A stretch of 38,809 bases of DNA from Candidatus Omnitrophota bacterium (GCA_037442605.1 JBBIPY010000002.1:1-38809), one strand, 5' to 3'; numbered from the stretch's first letter, positions 18,200 through 27,488 are shown. A program made the numbers and translations. The notes: generated by a model from the letters alone, not told the origin.

Positions 18200-18646
18200 T
18201 TATTTCTTGCGGGTTTCAGTAAATTCGGAAGGCACTTCCTGGCCGCGCAGGGTGCGGATAACCATTACGAGATTGCGGGTTCCCTCTCCAGAGAAAACCC
18301 ACTTCAGGCCAAGGAGAAAGGCAACGAGCAGAAACTGGAGGAAATAACGGGGGAATATAAAGGAAAGGGTAAAACTGGCCAAACTCAAAATAAGCCATTT
18401 ATTTTTAAAGATTATGTCCTTCCAAAAACGACTTTTAACCGCGTGTTTATCGAGAATCTCTTTAGTGGTTATTAATAAGTTCTGGCAGAAGAAACACTTA
18501 GCGAGATGGGTTTCAATTCTATCCCTCTTCTCTCGTGATAATCTTGCCTCAATATAATCCGCCAGTTCTCTATCAGAGAGGCAATCCTTCGTACGGCTTA
18601 CTTCCTTAGCCTTATCCCTCAGATATTCCTGAATTAGTTTATCCAT
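18200..18646 (-). CDS. Anti-sigma factor (zf-HC2) with TM segments
   Basis: H-x3-C-x2-C motif (THLAKCFFCQ) with an upstream Cys, and hydrophobic C-terminal segments. Directly downstream of the ECF sigma gene. Confidence 0.75.
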   Translation of the reverse strand: MDKLIQEYLRDKAKEVSRTKDCLSDRELADYIEARLSREKRDRIETHLAKCFFCQNLLITTKEILDKHAVKSRFWKDIIFKNKWLILSLASFTLSFIFPRYFLQFLLVAFLLGLKWVFSGEGTRNLVMVIRTLRGQEVPSEFTETRKK

Positions 18647-18690
18647 AGCCTTCCTCTATTATTAAAGACGATGAATTAGGGCATTTTCGT

Positions 18691-19296
18691 TCAGAAATCC
18701 TTATATCCTTTCTTAATCAGTTCGTTTTTAATTTTTATCCTTGTCCGCCGGATAAGCGTAGAAACAGTATTAATTGACAGATGCATTATCCGGGCAATCT
18801 CGCGATGGGTTTTGCCGTGTAGATAATGTAGGCTCGTAACCAGTTTCTCTTTCACTGAAAGCGACTCGATTATGGTCTCTAAAATAGCCTTCAGCTCTGA
18901 ATTCAGCAGTTCTCCCCGTGCAGAAATTTCTTCGGATGGAATAGTCTCTAATAAATCTTTTGCTTCACCCGTATCATCAATGAATGTGGAGACCCGGCTC
19001 ATTTTGTAAACCTTCTGGCGCATATAGTCTATCGCTCTATTCTGGCTGATGATGGAAAGCCAGGCCTGGATTTTCTCCGCATCCCGCACCTGCGTGAGTT
19101 TATCCCTTTCCCAGAGGTCTAAAAATATCTCCTGCATAACATCCTCAACATCCTGGTGGGTGTAAGAAAAGTTGGAGCGAGAAAAACGCATTCTTACTGA
19201 CTGATAAATCAGATTACGGAATGTCCGCACAAACTCATTCCATGCCGCTTTATCCTTTGCCAAACACCGCTCGACTAAATTCCTGACATCATTCAT
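18691..19296 (-). CDS. ECF-type RNA polymerase sigma-70 factor
   Basis: Region 2 (DVMQEIFLDLW, AWLSIISQNRAIDYMR) and region 4 HTH (THREIARIMHLSINTVSTLIRR). Confidence 0.9.
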   Translation of the reverse strand: MNDVRNLVERCLAKDKAAWNEFVRTFRNLIYQSVRMRFSRSNFSYTHQDVEDVMQEIFLDLWERDKLTQVRDAEKIQAWLSIISQNRAIDYMRQKVYKMSRVSTFIDDTGEAKDLLETIPSEEISARGELLNSELKAILETIIESLSVKEKLVTSLHYLHGKTHREIARIMHLSINTVSTLIRRTRIKIKNELIKKGYKDF

Positions 19297-19434
19297 AAAT
19301 CAAAATAATGCAACAAACATACATTGAATGAATGTTGCACAGGCTAATAGCTTCCTATCTTATGATTTCTCAACCACTTGCCAACCTCGTAGGTTGGTAA
19401 TCTACGTATAGTTCCGCGTGGTTCCGCGATTAAC

Positions 19435-20562
19435 TCAGTAATTCTTCAGTTGTTTCTTATAGCATTCGTAGCTGCATTTCATATCGGAAAGCGTGTCGCC
19501 GCCGAACTTCTCGCGCATCGCGCGGGCAATCTCAAAGGCAGAAACCGCCTCGGCTACCACTCCGCCAGCCGGAACCACACAGACATCGGAACGTTCAGTA
19601 GCTGCCTTTTCGGGCTTTTTGGTGAGGATATTCACGCTATTTAGAGGAGACATCAGGGTAGAAATCGGCTTCATAAACCCGCGGATAATAATTGGCTCGC
19701 CGTTGGTAATGCCACCTTCAACCCCTCCGGCATTGTTGGTCTTTCTATAAAAACCTTTCCTCTTCTCAAAATATATCGCATCGTGCACCTGAGAACCGAA
19801 TGACTTCGCCATTCTTAAACCTTCGCCAATCTCTACAACCTTAACCGACTGAATTGCCATTATTGCCTGAGCCAATCGCCCGTCCAACCGCAAATCGTAT
19901 TGCATAAAACTCCCTAATCCCGGGGGAACCCCTGATATAACTACTTCAAATACTCCACCCAGAGTATCTCCTTTAAATTTTGCCTCTTCGATTTCCTCAA
20001 TCATTTTTCTCTCCGCATCCTTATCTATACATCTTAATACCGATTTCTCCAACCAAGATTTTAGGCGGCCATAAAAGAGCCCGCCGGTTTCTATTCTTAC
20101 CTTTCCAATGCCTATAACGTAACTGATAACTTCAATCCCGAATTCATCAAGCAGCATCTTGCAAATCGCTCCCACTGCCACCCTGCCGGCAGTCTCCCGC
20201 GCCGAAGCACGCTCTAAAATATTGCGCATATCTTTAGTATTATATTTCAAGGCGCCGGCTAAATCCGCATGTCCGGGTCGGGGACAGACAACCGCAGGCA
20301 ACTCTTCAATTTTATAATCCTTATTTTCTATGCTTAAGGCAATGGGGCTTCCCAGAGTAGTCTTTTTTCTTATCCCGGATAAAATCTCCACGCGGTCTCT
20401 TTCGATATCCATCCGCTTTCCCCGTCCGTATCCGGCCTGCCGGCGTTTTAAATCCGAATCAATTTTCCCCTTATCAAATTTTAATCCCGACGGCATGCCT
20501 TCAAGTATCGCCAGGATAGCCCTACCATGCGATTCACCTGCGGTCGTATAGCGTAACATCAT
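19435..20562 (-). CDS. aroC: Chorismate synthase
   Basis: TAGESHG, RPGHAD and GGRSSARETA-like blocks; full length. Confidence 0.95.
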   Translation of the reverse strand: MMLRYTTAGESHGRAILAILEGMPSGLKFDKGKIDSDLKRRQAGYGRGKRMDIERDRVEILSGIRKKTTLGSPIALSIENKDYKIEELPAVVCPRPGHADLAGALKYNTKDMRNILERASARETAGRVAVGAICKMLLDEFGIEVISYVIGIGKVRIETGGLFYGRLKSWLEKSVLRCIDKDAERKMIEEIEEAKFKGDTLGGVFEVVISGVPPGLGSFMQYDLRLDGRLAQAIMAIQSVKVVEIGEGLRMAKSFGSQVHDAIYFEKRKGFYRKTNNAGGVEGGITNGEPIIIRGFMKPISTLMSPLNSVNILTKKPEKAATERSDVCVVPAGGVVAEAVSAFEIARAMREKFGGDTLSDMKCSYECYKKQLKNY

Positions 20563-20584
20563 TTCCTCCCTTCGGTCGGAAAAG

Positions 20585-20612
20585 TTTACAGTTAACAGTT
20601 TACAGTGTACAG
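20585..20612. repeat. Four tandem heptamers (tttacag ttaacag tttacag tgtacag)
   Basis: Read directly. Inverted counterpart at 21089..21116. Confidence 0.85.
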
Positions 20613-20677
20613 TATTAGTTAAGCGAATCTATTAAACCACACAACATGCTGGTTATTTCTTTAGCATCTCGACGCAT

Positions 20678-21082
20678 TTATGGATAAAGCCTTGCCTCAA
20701 GAAATTTCTCCATTAACAAGACGTTAAAAACAGAAACACACTCCCGAGCTGAATCTAACGAAATCGAATAGAAACGCACCTTTTCCCTCTTAGATTTCTT
20801 CCCACTACCTTCAGCTATGTTATTTGCGACAGAGATGCTAGTGCCGTTCCAACTTTTTACTGCTAAATCCTTTTTTATCTTGTTGAAGGACAGACGATTA
20901 TACATTCATGTCATCTTATAGGCATATTAAGTTGTAACGGCACTAGCCCTTGCTAAGTTGTCTCCTATTGTGTGCTGGAATTCTCGGGGTAGCTTCTTAT
21001 ATATTTCCAGCACTTTATGAATAAATTCTAAAGCTTTCTGATAAACCTTTAGCCGTTCAAAATCAAATTCATCGCTTGCCAT
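20678..21082 (-). pseudogene. Four-helix-bundle (23S rRNA intervening-sequence type) protein gene, split by a MITE
   Basis: N-part MASDEFDFERLKVYQKALEFIHKVLEIYKKLPREFQHTIGDNLARAS (21082 down to 20927). C-part ISVANNIAEGSGKKSKREKVRFYSISLDSARE (to 20678). Removing 20842..20942 and one CTAG copy restores ..NLARASISVANNIAEGSG.. in frame. Confidence 0.8.
20842..20942. mobile_element. 101-bp MITE with 12-bp terminal inverted repeats and a CTAG target-site duplication
   Basis: TIRs tgccgttccaac / gttgtaacggca (11 of 12 complementary). CTAG at 20838..20841 and 20943..20946. No coding capacity. Confidence 0.75.
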
Positions 21083-21088
21083 CTTTCA

Positions 21089-21116
21089 CTGTAAACTGTA
21101 CACTGTTCACTGTAAA
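21089..21116. repeat. Four tandem heptamers (ctgtaaa ctgtaca ctgttca ctgtaaa), inverted relative to 20585..20612
   Basis: Read directly. Confidence 0.85.
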
Positions 21117-21133
21117 CTATTGTTGAGTGAGAC

Positions 21134-21880
21134 TTATCTAATAATCCAACACCCCGTCAACAATCCCCAGATTTTGTTCCCCCAGACCAAGGCCGCGAAA
21201 CTTGCTAAGGATAAAAACGGTCCGTAGGGAATATAGTGCGATTTGGTTTTAAGTAAGGAAATTATACCAAAAACCAATCCCAGAAAGGGAGCAATAAAAT
21301 AGGTCAAAATGACCGCTTTCCAACCCAAGAATGCCCCTAACATCGCCATCAGTTTCACATCCCCAAAACCCATCGCCTCTTTCTTGAAAACTAATTTCCC
21401 AAAAAATCCGGTCAGCCAAATCATCAACCCACCCACCAACAGCCCTGCAAGCGAGTCTTTAAGCGCAGCCAGGACAGACACTCTGCCGTGCAGTTGAGGA
21501 AAAACGAGACTTAAGAAAATACCCAAGATTATTCCTGAAACCGAGATTACATCAGGAATAATCTGATACTTAAAGTCAATAAATGTTGCCACAATCAGGG
21601 AAGAAAACAATGCGCTGTAGATAAAAAATTTGGGATTTATCCCGAATTTTTTATAAAAAAATAAAAAGAGACTTGCTGTAAGTAATTCAACTACAAAATA
21701 ACGAAAAGAAATTTTTGATTTGCAATAACGACACCTGCGGCGCAAAATAAAATAACTAACTAAAGGGATATTATCATACCAGGGAATAGTTTTCTGGCAA
21801 TTCGGACAATGCGAACGCGGGTGAACGATGGATTTTTCTTCGGGAAGGCGCCAGATGCAGACATTTAAAAAGCTGCCCAC
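21134..21880 (-). CDS. pilD: Prepilin peptidase (A24 family)
   Basis: GSFLNVCIWRLP, the CPNC...CRYC zinc motif, and catalytic GFGDVKLM. The track start is GTG. The frame stays open ~20 codons further upstream (FVFIFGSF) with no ATG. Confidence 0.9.
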   Translation of the reverse strand: MGSFLNVCIWRLPEEKSIVHPRSHCPNCQKTIPWYDNIPLVSYFILRRRCRYCKSKISFRYFVVELLTASLFLFFYKKFGINPKFFIYSALFSSLIVATFIDFKYQIIPDVISVSGIILGIFLSLVFPQLHGRVSVLAALKDSLAGLLVGGLMIWLTGFFGKLVFKKEAMGFGDVKLMAMLGAFLGWKAVILTYFIAPFLGLVFGIISLLKTKSHYIPYGPFLSLASFAALVWGNKIWGLLTGCWIIR

Positions 21881-21969
21881 GAAAGAGCCAAAGATGAAAA
21901 CAAAGTAATTGGTAAATGGTAATGGGTAATTCAGTAGAATATCCCCCTATTGGAAATAGCCTTATTTAA

Positions 21970-22221
21970 TCAGATTTCCCCGCGGCGGAATTTATCCCAG
22001 AGCCTGCGTTTTTCAAACGGAACTGCTTTTTGGGTAAATTGATTTATCTCTTCAAGCCAGGCAAGTCTTTCTTCCGGAGTGGCTTTAAGGCACTGGGTCA
22101 AATAATCTCTGGTCATATTATGCCTGAAATCCCTCGCTGCTATTTTATTTCTTGGACTTTGATTTCGCATGTTTTTCTTTCTTAACATCTTCAATAACTT
22201 CAAGGGCATTAATATCGGCAA
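21970..22221 (-). CDS. Small protein downstream of and overlapping the nucleotidyltransferase gene
   Basis: ORF with a TPEERLAWLEE helix. The true start is probably internal (22170 or 22116). No family recognised. Confidence 0.45.
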   Translation of the reverse strand: MPILMPLKLLKMLRKKNMRNQSPRNKIAARDFRHNMTRDYLTQCLKATPEERLAWLEEINQFTQKAVPFEKRRLWDKFRRGEI

Positions 22222-22669
22222 AATCCACGGGCCGGGCCGCTTTCAATTTCAGTTTCTTTAAATCCGCTATAGCCGCAATCGGAACATTAATCCTTTTCGC
22301 CTTGACAATTTCCTTGGCAATCTTGTTGTAATCCACTTCTTCATCTACAAAAACGTCAATCAATTTTAGATGGTCTTTGAGATGAAAAAAAGAGAACACC
22401 TTCATGTTTTTTTCTTTCACCCAAGTTCGCCGCTTCGTGGGGTTTTTAAAATCTTCTGCGCTTACCGGAACCTTGGACCGATAACCGAGTTCAGAAAGCG
22501 CCTCAAAAAACCTATCAATGTTCTCCGGCGACATATCAATGATAAGGTCCAAATCGATAGTCATGCGCATTACGCCGTGTAAAACTGCTGCCACGCCGCC
22601 GGCGACGCAATAGCGCACTTTCTTCTGTTTCAGTTTCTTGAAGACGTCTTCGTAAAATAATTTCGCCAT
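22145..22669 (-). CDS. Minimal nucleotidyltransferase-fold protein
   Basis: AGGVAAVLHGVMRMTIDLDL fits the G[GS]-x(9-13)-DxD pol-beta NTase signature. Lys-rich tail. Confidence 0.65.
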   Translation of the reverse strand: MAKLFYEDVFKKLKQKKVRYCVAGGVAAVLHGVMRMTIDLDLIIDMSPENIDRFFEALSELGYRSKVPVSAEDFKNPTKRRTWVKEKNMKVFSFFHLKDHLKLIDVFVDEEVDYNKIAKEIVKAKRINVPIAAIADLKKLKLKAARPVDFADINALEVIEDVKKEKHAKSKSKK

Positions 22670-22672
22670 AAA

Positions 22673-23551
22673 TTATCTGCTCTGCGAAACAGCCTTTTCT
22701 AACGCCTTTTTCATTACACCGACAGGCGCCTTTTTGCCGGTCCATATTTCCCAGGAAATCACGCCCTGGTATAAAAGCATACCCAGGCCATTCATCGCCT
22801 TAAGCCTCTTTTGCTTCGCTATTTTGATTAGTTTGGTTTGGGGAGGGTTGTAGATTAAATCGCAGACGGCAAACTTGGAATGGAATGCCTTGGGGTCGAT
22901 TACCGAAGGGTCGCCTTTTTTCATTCCTACGGGTGTGGCATTAACTAAACAATCAAAATCCCTGAGGCCTCCTTTGGGAATACTTGAGGCAAGTTCTATC
23001 CTGCAGTTGGGGAAATTAAGCCTTAAGTCAATTACTAAATTTTCCGCCTTAGAACGCACCACGTCGTAAAAGGTAACTGTTTCGGCTCCTTCCTTGATGA
23101 GATTAAATCCCACGGCACGAGCCGCTCCACCCGCACCGAGGATAAAAAATCTTTTACCCCTGGGCTTAATTTTGAGCATCTCTTTCAACGCCCGGATAAA
23201 ACCCCTGCCGTCGGTATTGTAGCCGATAAGTCTGCCATCTTTAAGATGAATGGTATTTACCGCCCCGATAATTCTGGATGTAGGATAGACCTCGTCAAGA
23301 AAAGGGATGCAGGTTTCCTTATGCGGGACGGTAACATTAAGTCCGGAGATACCCAGGGACTTCATGCCCAGAATGGCATCCCTTAAATTCTCGGGCGGGA
23401 CCTCAAAGGCTACGTAGAGCGCATTTAATCTGCACGCCTTGAATGCGGCGTTGTGCATCAAAGGAGAAAAACTGTGTCGGACGGGATAACCGATTATACC
23501 GTAAATTTGAGTATGGGAATCAATCTTTATAGCCATAAACTTCTGCTTCAA
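22673..23551 (-). CDS. aroE: Shikimate dehydrogenase
   Basis: YGIIGYPVRHSFSP, NVTVPHK and GAGGAARA motifs. The track start is TTG. Likely ATG at 23536 (MAIKID). Confidence 0.95.
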   Translation of the reverse strand: MKQKFMAIKIDSHTQIYGIIGYPVRHSFSPLMHNAAFKACRLNALYVAFEVPPENLRDAILGMKSLGISGLNVTVPHKETCIPFLDEVYPTSRIIGAVNTIHLKDGRLIGYNTDGRGFIRALKEMLKIKPRGKRFFILGAGGAARAVGFNLIKEGAETVTFYDVVRSKAENLVIDLRLNFPNCRIELASSIPKGGLRDFDCLVNATPVGMKKGDPSVIDPKAFHSKFAVCDLIYNPPQTKLIKIAKQKRLKAMNGLGMLLYQGVISWEIWTGKKAPVGVMKKALEKAVSQSR

Positions 23552-23574
23552 GCAGCATGCTGCAAGCTTCAGGC

Positions 23575-23664
23575 TTGTAGCCTGTTGCCTGTAGCCTGTA
23601 GCCTGTAGCCTGTTGCTGTAGCCTGTTGCCTGTAGCCTGTAGCCTGTTGCCTGTTGCCTGTCGC
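23575..23664. repeat. About 13 tandem heptamers, CTGT(A/T)GC
   Basis: ctgttgc/ctgtagc units run up to and overlap the leuA stop codon. Preceded by the palindrome gcagcatgctgc. Confidence 0.9.
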
Positions 23665-25172
23665 TATCTCTTATACACGATTTTATTTATCGCATTCACA
23701 TACGCCTTGGCAGAGGATTCAATTATATCGGTCGAGGCGCCCTTGCCGGTAAATATTTTGTCTTTATATTTTAGTTTGATGGTAACTTCTCCGATAGCGT
23801 CTTTGCCTCTGGTTACCGATTTTATCGCGTAATCTTCCAGCACCCCTTTTATACCCGTTATCTGCTCTATTGCCTTATAGCAGGCATCAACCGGACCGTC
23901 TCCGCGCGCTGCAGCCTCGAGCATTTTAGACCTGCATCTGAGTCTTATGGTTGCAGTGGGAACTGTGTCTGTCCCGCTGATTATATGAATATATTCCAGA
24001 TGCCAGGTCTCGGGAATCTGCATTATCTCATCCTCGATAATCGCGGCAATATCCTCATCAAAGACCTCTTTTTTCTTGTCGGCTAATTCCTTGAATCTGC
24101 CGAAGGCCGTATCTAATTCAGTCCTGTTTAACTTAAAACCGATTCTCTTAAGTCTTTCGCTAAAGGCATGGCGTCCTGAATGCTTTCCCAATACCAGCCC
24201 GCTAACGCGCAAGCCGATATCCTGTGCCCGCATAATTTCATAGGTGCTCGGTTCTTTGAGTATCCCGTCCTGATGAATGCCCGCTTCATGACGAAAGGCA
24301 TTTGCGCCTACAATTGCCTTATTGGGCTGCACCACAAAACCGGTAAGCCGCGAAACCAAACGGCTGGTCTGGGAGATCTCTGTCGTGCGGATATTAGTCG
24401 CGAAGGGCAGGAAATCTCGGCGCGTCTTAATCGCCATCACGATCTCTTCCATCGCCGCATTTCCTGCGCGCTCGCCCAGACCGTTAATCGTGCATTCTAC
24501 CTGCCTGGCGCCATTTTTTATTGCCGCGAGGGAATTAGCCACTGCCAGCCCCAAATCATTATGACAATGCACGCTGATTACCGCTTTATTTATGTTCGAT
24601 ACATTCTCTTTTATTAAACGAATCAAATCGCCAAACTGCTGGGGTATGGCATAACCCACGGTGTCGGGGATATTCACGGTTTTTGCTCCTGCATCAATTA
24701 CTTCAGCAATCACTTTAAATAAAAATCTCTTCTCGGTGCGTGAGGCATCCTCGGGAGAAAACTCAATATCGTCGGCAAACCGCCGGGCGTATTTAACTGA
24801 GTCTACGGCAATCTTTAAAATTTCTTCTTCCGGCTTTCTCAATTTATACTGCATATGTATCTTGGATGTCGCCAGAAATACGTGTATTCGCGGGCGTCGG
24901 GCATGCCTTATCGCCCGCGCTGCCGCGTCAATATCTCTTTTCAGTGAACGCGCCAGGCCGCAGATAATCGGCTTTCTTATCGCTTTTGCAATCAAAGAAA
25001 CCGCCTCAAAATCACCCGGCGAGGCAATGGGGAACCCTGCCTCAATAATATCCACATTGAGCCGCTCGAGTTGCCGGGCAATCTCCAGCTTCTGCTTGGT
25101 CTCCAGGCTTGCCCCCGGCGCCTGTTCACCGTCGCGCAAAGTGGTATCAAAGATTAAAATCTTCTCGGACAT
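23664..25172 (-). CDS. leuA: 2-isopropylmalate synthase with C-terminal regulatory domain
   Basis: [11 protein letters not shown] and [13 protein letters not shown] motifs; 502 aa including the LeuA_dimer region. Confidence 0.95.
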   Translation of the reverse strand: MSEKILIFDTTLRDGEQAPGASLETKQKLEIARQLERLNVDIIEAGFPIASPGDFEAVSLIAKAIRKPIICGLARSLKRDIDAAARAIRHARRPRIHVFLATSKIHMQYKLRKPEEEILKIAVDSVKYARRFADDIEFSPEDASRTEKRFLFKVIAEVIDAGAKTVNIPDTVGYAIPQQFGDLIRLIKENVSNINKAVISVHCHNDLGLAVANSLAAIKNGARQVECTINGLGERAGNAAMEEIVMAIKTRRDFLPFATNIRTTEISQTSRLVSRLTGFVVQPNKAIVGANAFRHEAGIHQDGILKEPSTYEIMRAQDIGLRVSGLVLGKHSGRHAFSERLKRIGFKLNRTELDTAFGRFKELADKKKEVFDEDIAAIIEDEIMQIPETWHLEYIHIISGTDTVPTATIRLRCRSKMLEAAARGDGPVDACYKAIEQITGIKGVLEDYAIKSVTRGKDAIGEVTIKLKYKDKIFTGKGASTDIIESSAKAYVNAINKIVYKR

Positions 25173-25279
25173 TTTTGCTCCTTTTATGAATGGGCTTATA
25201 TGATGATTATATTAACACAGGGTAGGGTCTTAAGGCAAGGGATTTTTGTAACCGCAAAGACGCAAGAATAACGGGGAAT

Positions 25280-25357
25280 TTATCCTCGGGCAAAGGCATC
25301 CGGGCCAATAGAGAAACATAGAATCAATATAGTCCAGAATATTTTTCTCTTATTCAT
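25280..25357 (-). pseudogene. Leader-only relic of an island paralog (MNKRKIFWTILILCFSIGPDAFARG*)
   Basis: The 25-codon ORF matches the signal/anchor region of the neighbouring gene (..LIAPDAFARRVK..) at protein and DNA level (cgggcaaaggcatc), then stops. Confidence 0.55.
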
Positions 25358-25393
25358 TCCTCTGACATAGTTTCCCTGCTTTTTCAGCGGAAA

Positions 25394-26782
25394 CTATTTC
25401 AGCCTCTCTCTGACTTCTTCGTTTATGCTTTCAATCAAGCCTTTTGTTTCTAAGAACTTGAGAATAGGATAAACACCATCAAAAGCCCTCACTAGAGCAA
25501 TGAGCGTCCTGCCCAGGCAGGGAACGGTTACATCGCGAAAATAGCGGGGGTTCCCGGACAAATCCCAGATATCTCTAAATGTTCCCTCTAACTGAGCGAT
25601 ATAAATCGCCAATTCCCTGACATAAAAGGCAATCTGACGAGGATTTTCTTCGGCAATCTTTCTCCACTGCCAGTCATTTAAACTCTTGGCTGAGTCCGCT
25701 ATCCATATTTTCTCTTCAGCGGTATAGTTATATGGGCCGGTTTTTCCCGTAACTAACAGATGAACATCTATACACATTGTGTCGGCTAACAGTTCTAAAA
25801 AACGTATTTCAGGATAATATTTCCCCTGTTCTAGGTCATAGATTACAGAAGCATCCTGTAAGCCTATTCTCTTCGCCAGTTCTTCTTGTGTAAGGCCAAT
25901 TCTATAACGATAAAGATGGATACGCTCTCCTATGCTACGTGTTACATAGTAAGGAAATCTTAATATTTTCCTCATAAATTGCATAGTATCTAAATCTCCG
26001 ATTTCCTGTTCGTTCACTCTGTTTTTGAATTTCTGAGACAAACTGTTGAAATCTTCCCGTGCCTCCATTAAAATTCTCCTATAATATTTATACATAACTT
26101 CGAGTGTATGATGTTTAAGAAAACTGAACTCCGTAAGAAAGTGGTGCGCCTCAAACATTGTTATGTCTATCCCCAATTCTCCTGCTGCCTTTACCAACAA
26201 TTGTTGCTGGACTTCAAATGGAACATAATCCCAGCGCATATGCCTTTCATCAGAAGAAAGTATATCTATTACCCCCTCAATAGTAAATTCAGCTCTCTCT
26301 GTTGAAATATCTAATATTTTAAACATAAATTGCATAGTATTTATAATACTAATATCCTCTAATGGTATTTTGGTTCTAATATCCGCAGGCAGAACATCGG
26401 GATCTTCTCGAGCTTTCTTTAATAAATTTGAGTAATACGTATAAATTCCACCTAAGGTTTTGCCCTTTATAAAGTTAAAGTGTTTTACCAAAGTATCCCT
26501 GGTAATTCTGGTTATATCAATATTCAATTCTCCCGCTACCCTCTCTAATAACTGCCTCTGGACAGACAGAGGCACATCTTTCCAGAAAACAATTTCCTCA
26601 TCAGAACTCAATTTCCTTATCACCTCAGTAAGTAAAGGGTCGTCTTTCACCCGCCGGGCAAAGGCATCGGGCGCAATAAGAGAGGTTAAGATAAATATAC
26701 CGATTACCGAAAAGATAATTCTTTTAATCATTTTACCTAAATCCTTCCAGCAACTGCTCCACGATAAACTCCGCCTGGTCAT
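25394..26782 (-). CDS. Anchor-RR-motif protein with an internal ~105-aa duplication, an XRE-type HTH and an unknown C-terminal domain
   Basis: Probable start MIKR at 26731. Hydrophobic segment then PDAFARRVK. Repeats at residues ~54-158 and ~171-275 (LSSDE..W..VP..VQ.QLL...AGEL.IDIT...ARED...TMQFM.KIL). HTH IGLTQEELAKRIGLQDASVIYDLEQG at ~25748..25933. Confidence 0.75.
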   Translation of the reverse strand: MTRRSLSWSSCWKDLGKMIKRIIFSVIGIFILTSLIAPDAFARRVKDDPLLTEVIRKLSSDEEIVFWKDVPLSVQRQLLERVAGELNIDITRITRDTLVKHFNFIKGKTLGGIYTYYSNLLKKAREDPDVLPADIRTKIPLEDISIINTMQFMFKILDISTERAEFTIEGVIDILSSDERHMRWDYVPFEVQQQLLVKAAGELGIDITMFEAHHFLTEFSFLKHHTLEVMYKYYRRILMEAREDFNSLSQKFKNRVNEQEIGDLDTMQFMRKILRFPYYVTRSIGERIHLYRYRIGLTQEELAKRIGLQDASVIYDLEQGKYYPEIRFLELLADTMCIDVHLLVTGKTGPYNYTAEEKIWIADSAKSLNDWQWRKIAEENPRQIAFYVRELAIYIAQLEGTFRDIWDLSGNPRYFRDVTVPCLGRTLIALVRAFDGVYPILKFLETKGLIESINEEVRERLK

Positions 26783-27488
26783 CGTAAGGATAATCCGGCG
26801 ACTCCACGATAATCAGCGCCTCAACAGCAACACTCTTATGCCTTAAAACGCCCATTATCTTACTTATCTGCCAGGCGATATCCTCTGCTGTTTGCGGTCT
26901 GTAGGAAGGAAGTTTGCTGTTTGAGAAAAACGCTAAATCAATTACAAGAACAACTGGCCCGAGTTCTTTACCAGGCGGTAATGCTTCCAAGGCATAAAGC
27001 AGCGTTATGGGATATCCGTAATCTTCCCGCATTTCCCTGGCAGTTGTCTGCAGGGAACTGCGCCAGGCAGGATAATTTTCCGTATAGGCAGGAAAAACCA
27101 CAAATATTTCCTGTATGAGTTCGTTATCGCAGAGATAATATAGCCAGTTTGAGGCCTGTAATTTCGGTAAAACCTCGGGATTGCAATCCAGATAGGGACT
27201 CAAAACCACTAAAGTCGGGTGCCTGCTGATTAAACCCCCGTGTAGTTTTTCTTTAATCCATAATGCCACACCCACAGGATAGTCTATAATCGCCACTCTC
27301 ATGGGGAATTTATAAGTCTCGAAAATATCCGGCCCTTTAAGTTCTTTACCTTCCACAGAATAAACTAATAACGGAAACCCCCTTGCTTCTTTCATTCTGC
27401 GCGCAAGGGCATCTCCGCTTATGACCAAGATAAATATGACCAGAATCAGAGGAATCTTTTTATTCATCTCTATGCCTGCCCGTTCCAC
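26733..27488 (-). CDS. Anchor-RR-motif protein, unknown function
   Basis: Probable start MNKKIPL at 27467. ILVIFILVISGDALARRMKE leader. Stop lies 1 nt from the next start. Confidence 0.7.
   Translation of the reverse strand: MERAGIEMNKKIPLILVIFILVISGDALARRMKEARGFPLLVYSVEGKELKGPDIFETYKFPMRVAIIDYPVGVALWIKEKLHGGLISRHPTLVVLSPYLDCNPEVLPKLQASNWLYYLCDNELIQEIFVVFPAYTENYPAWRSSLQTTAREMREDYGYPITLLYALEALPPGKELGPVVLVIDLAFFSNSKLPSYRPQTAEDIAWQISKIMGVLRHKSVAVEALIIVESPDYPYDDQAEFIVEQLLEGFR

Noticed and set aside
19403-19425. ECF-type promoter (GGAAC-N14-CGTA) for the sigma factor gene
   Set aside because: The spacing is shorter than the usual 16-17 nt, and the same GGAAC-containing word recurs in the ilvN-ilvC spacer. 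It is kept only as a remark.
23575-23664. CRISPR array (also considered for 27481..27565)
   Set aside because: The units are 7 bp (or ~39 bp with internal words) and there are no unique spacers. No cas genes are present in the window.
23626-23832. Plus-strand 68-aa ORF
   Set aside because: It starts inside the heptamer array (giving a repetitive LPVAC peptide) and runs antisense into leuA.
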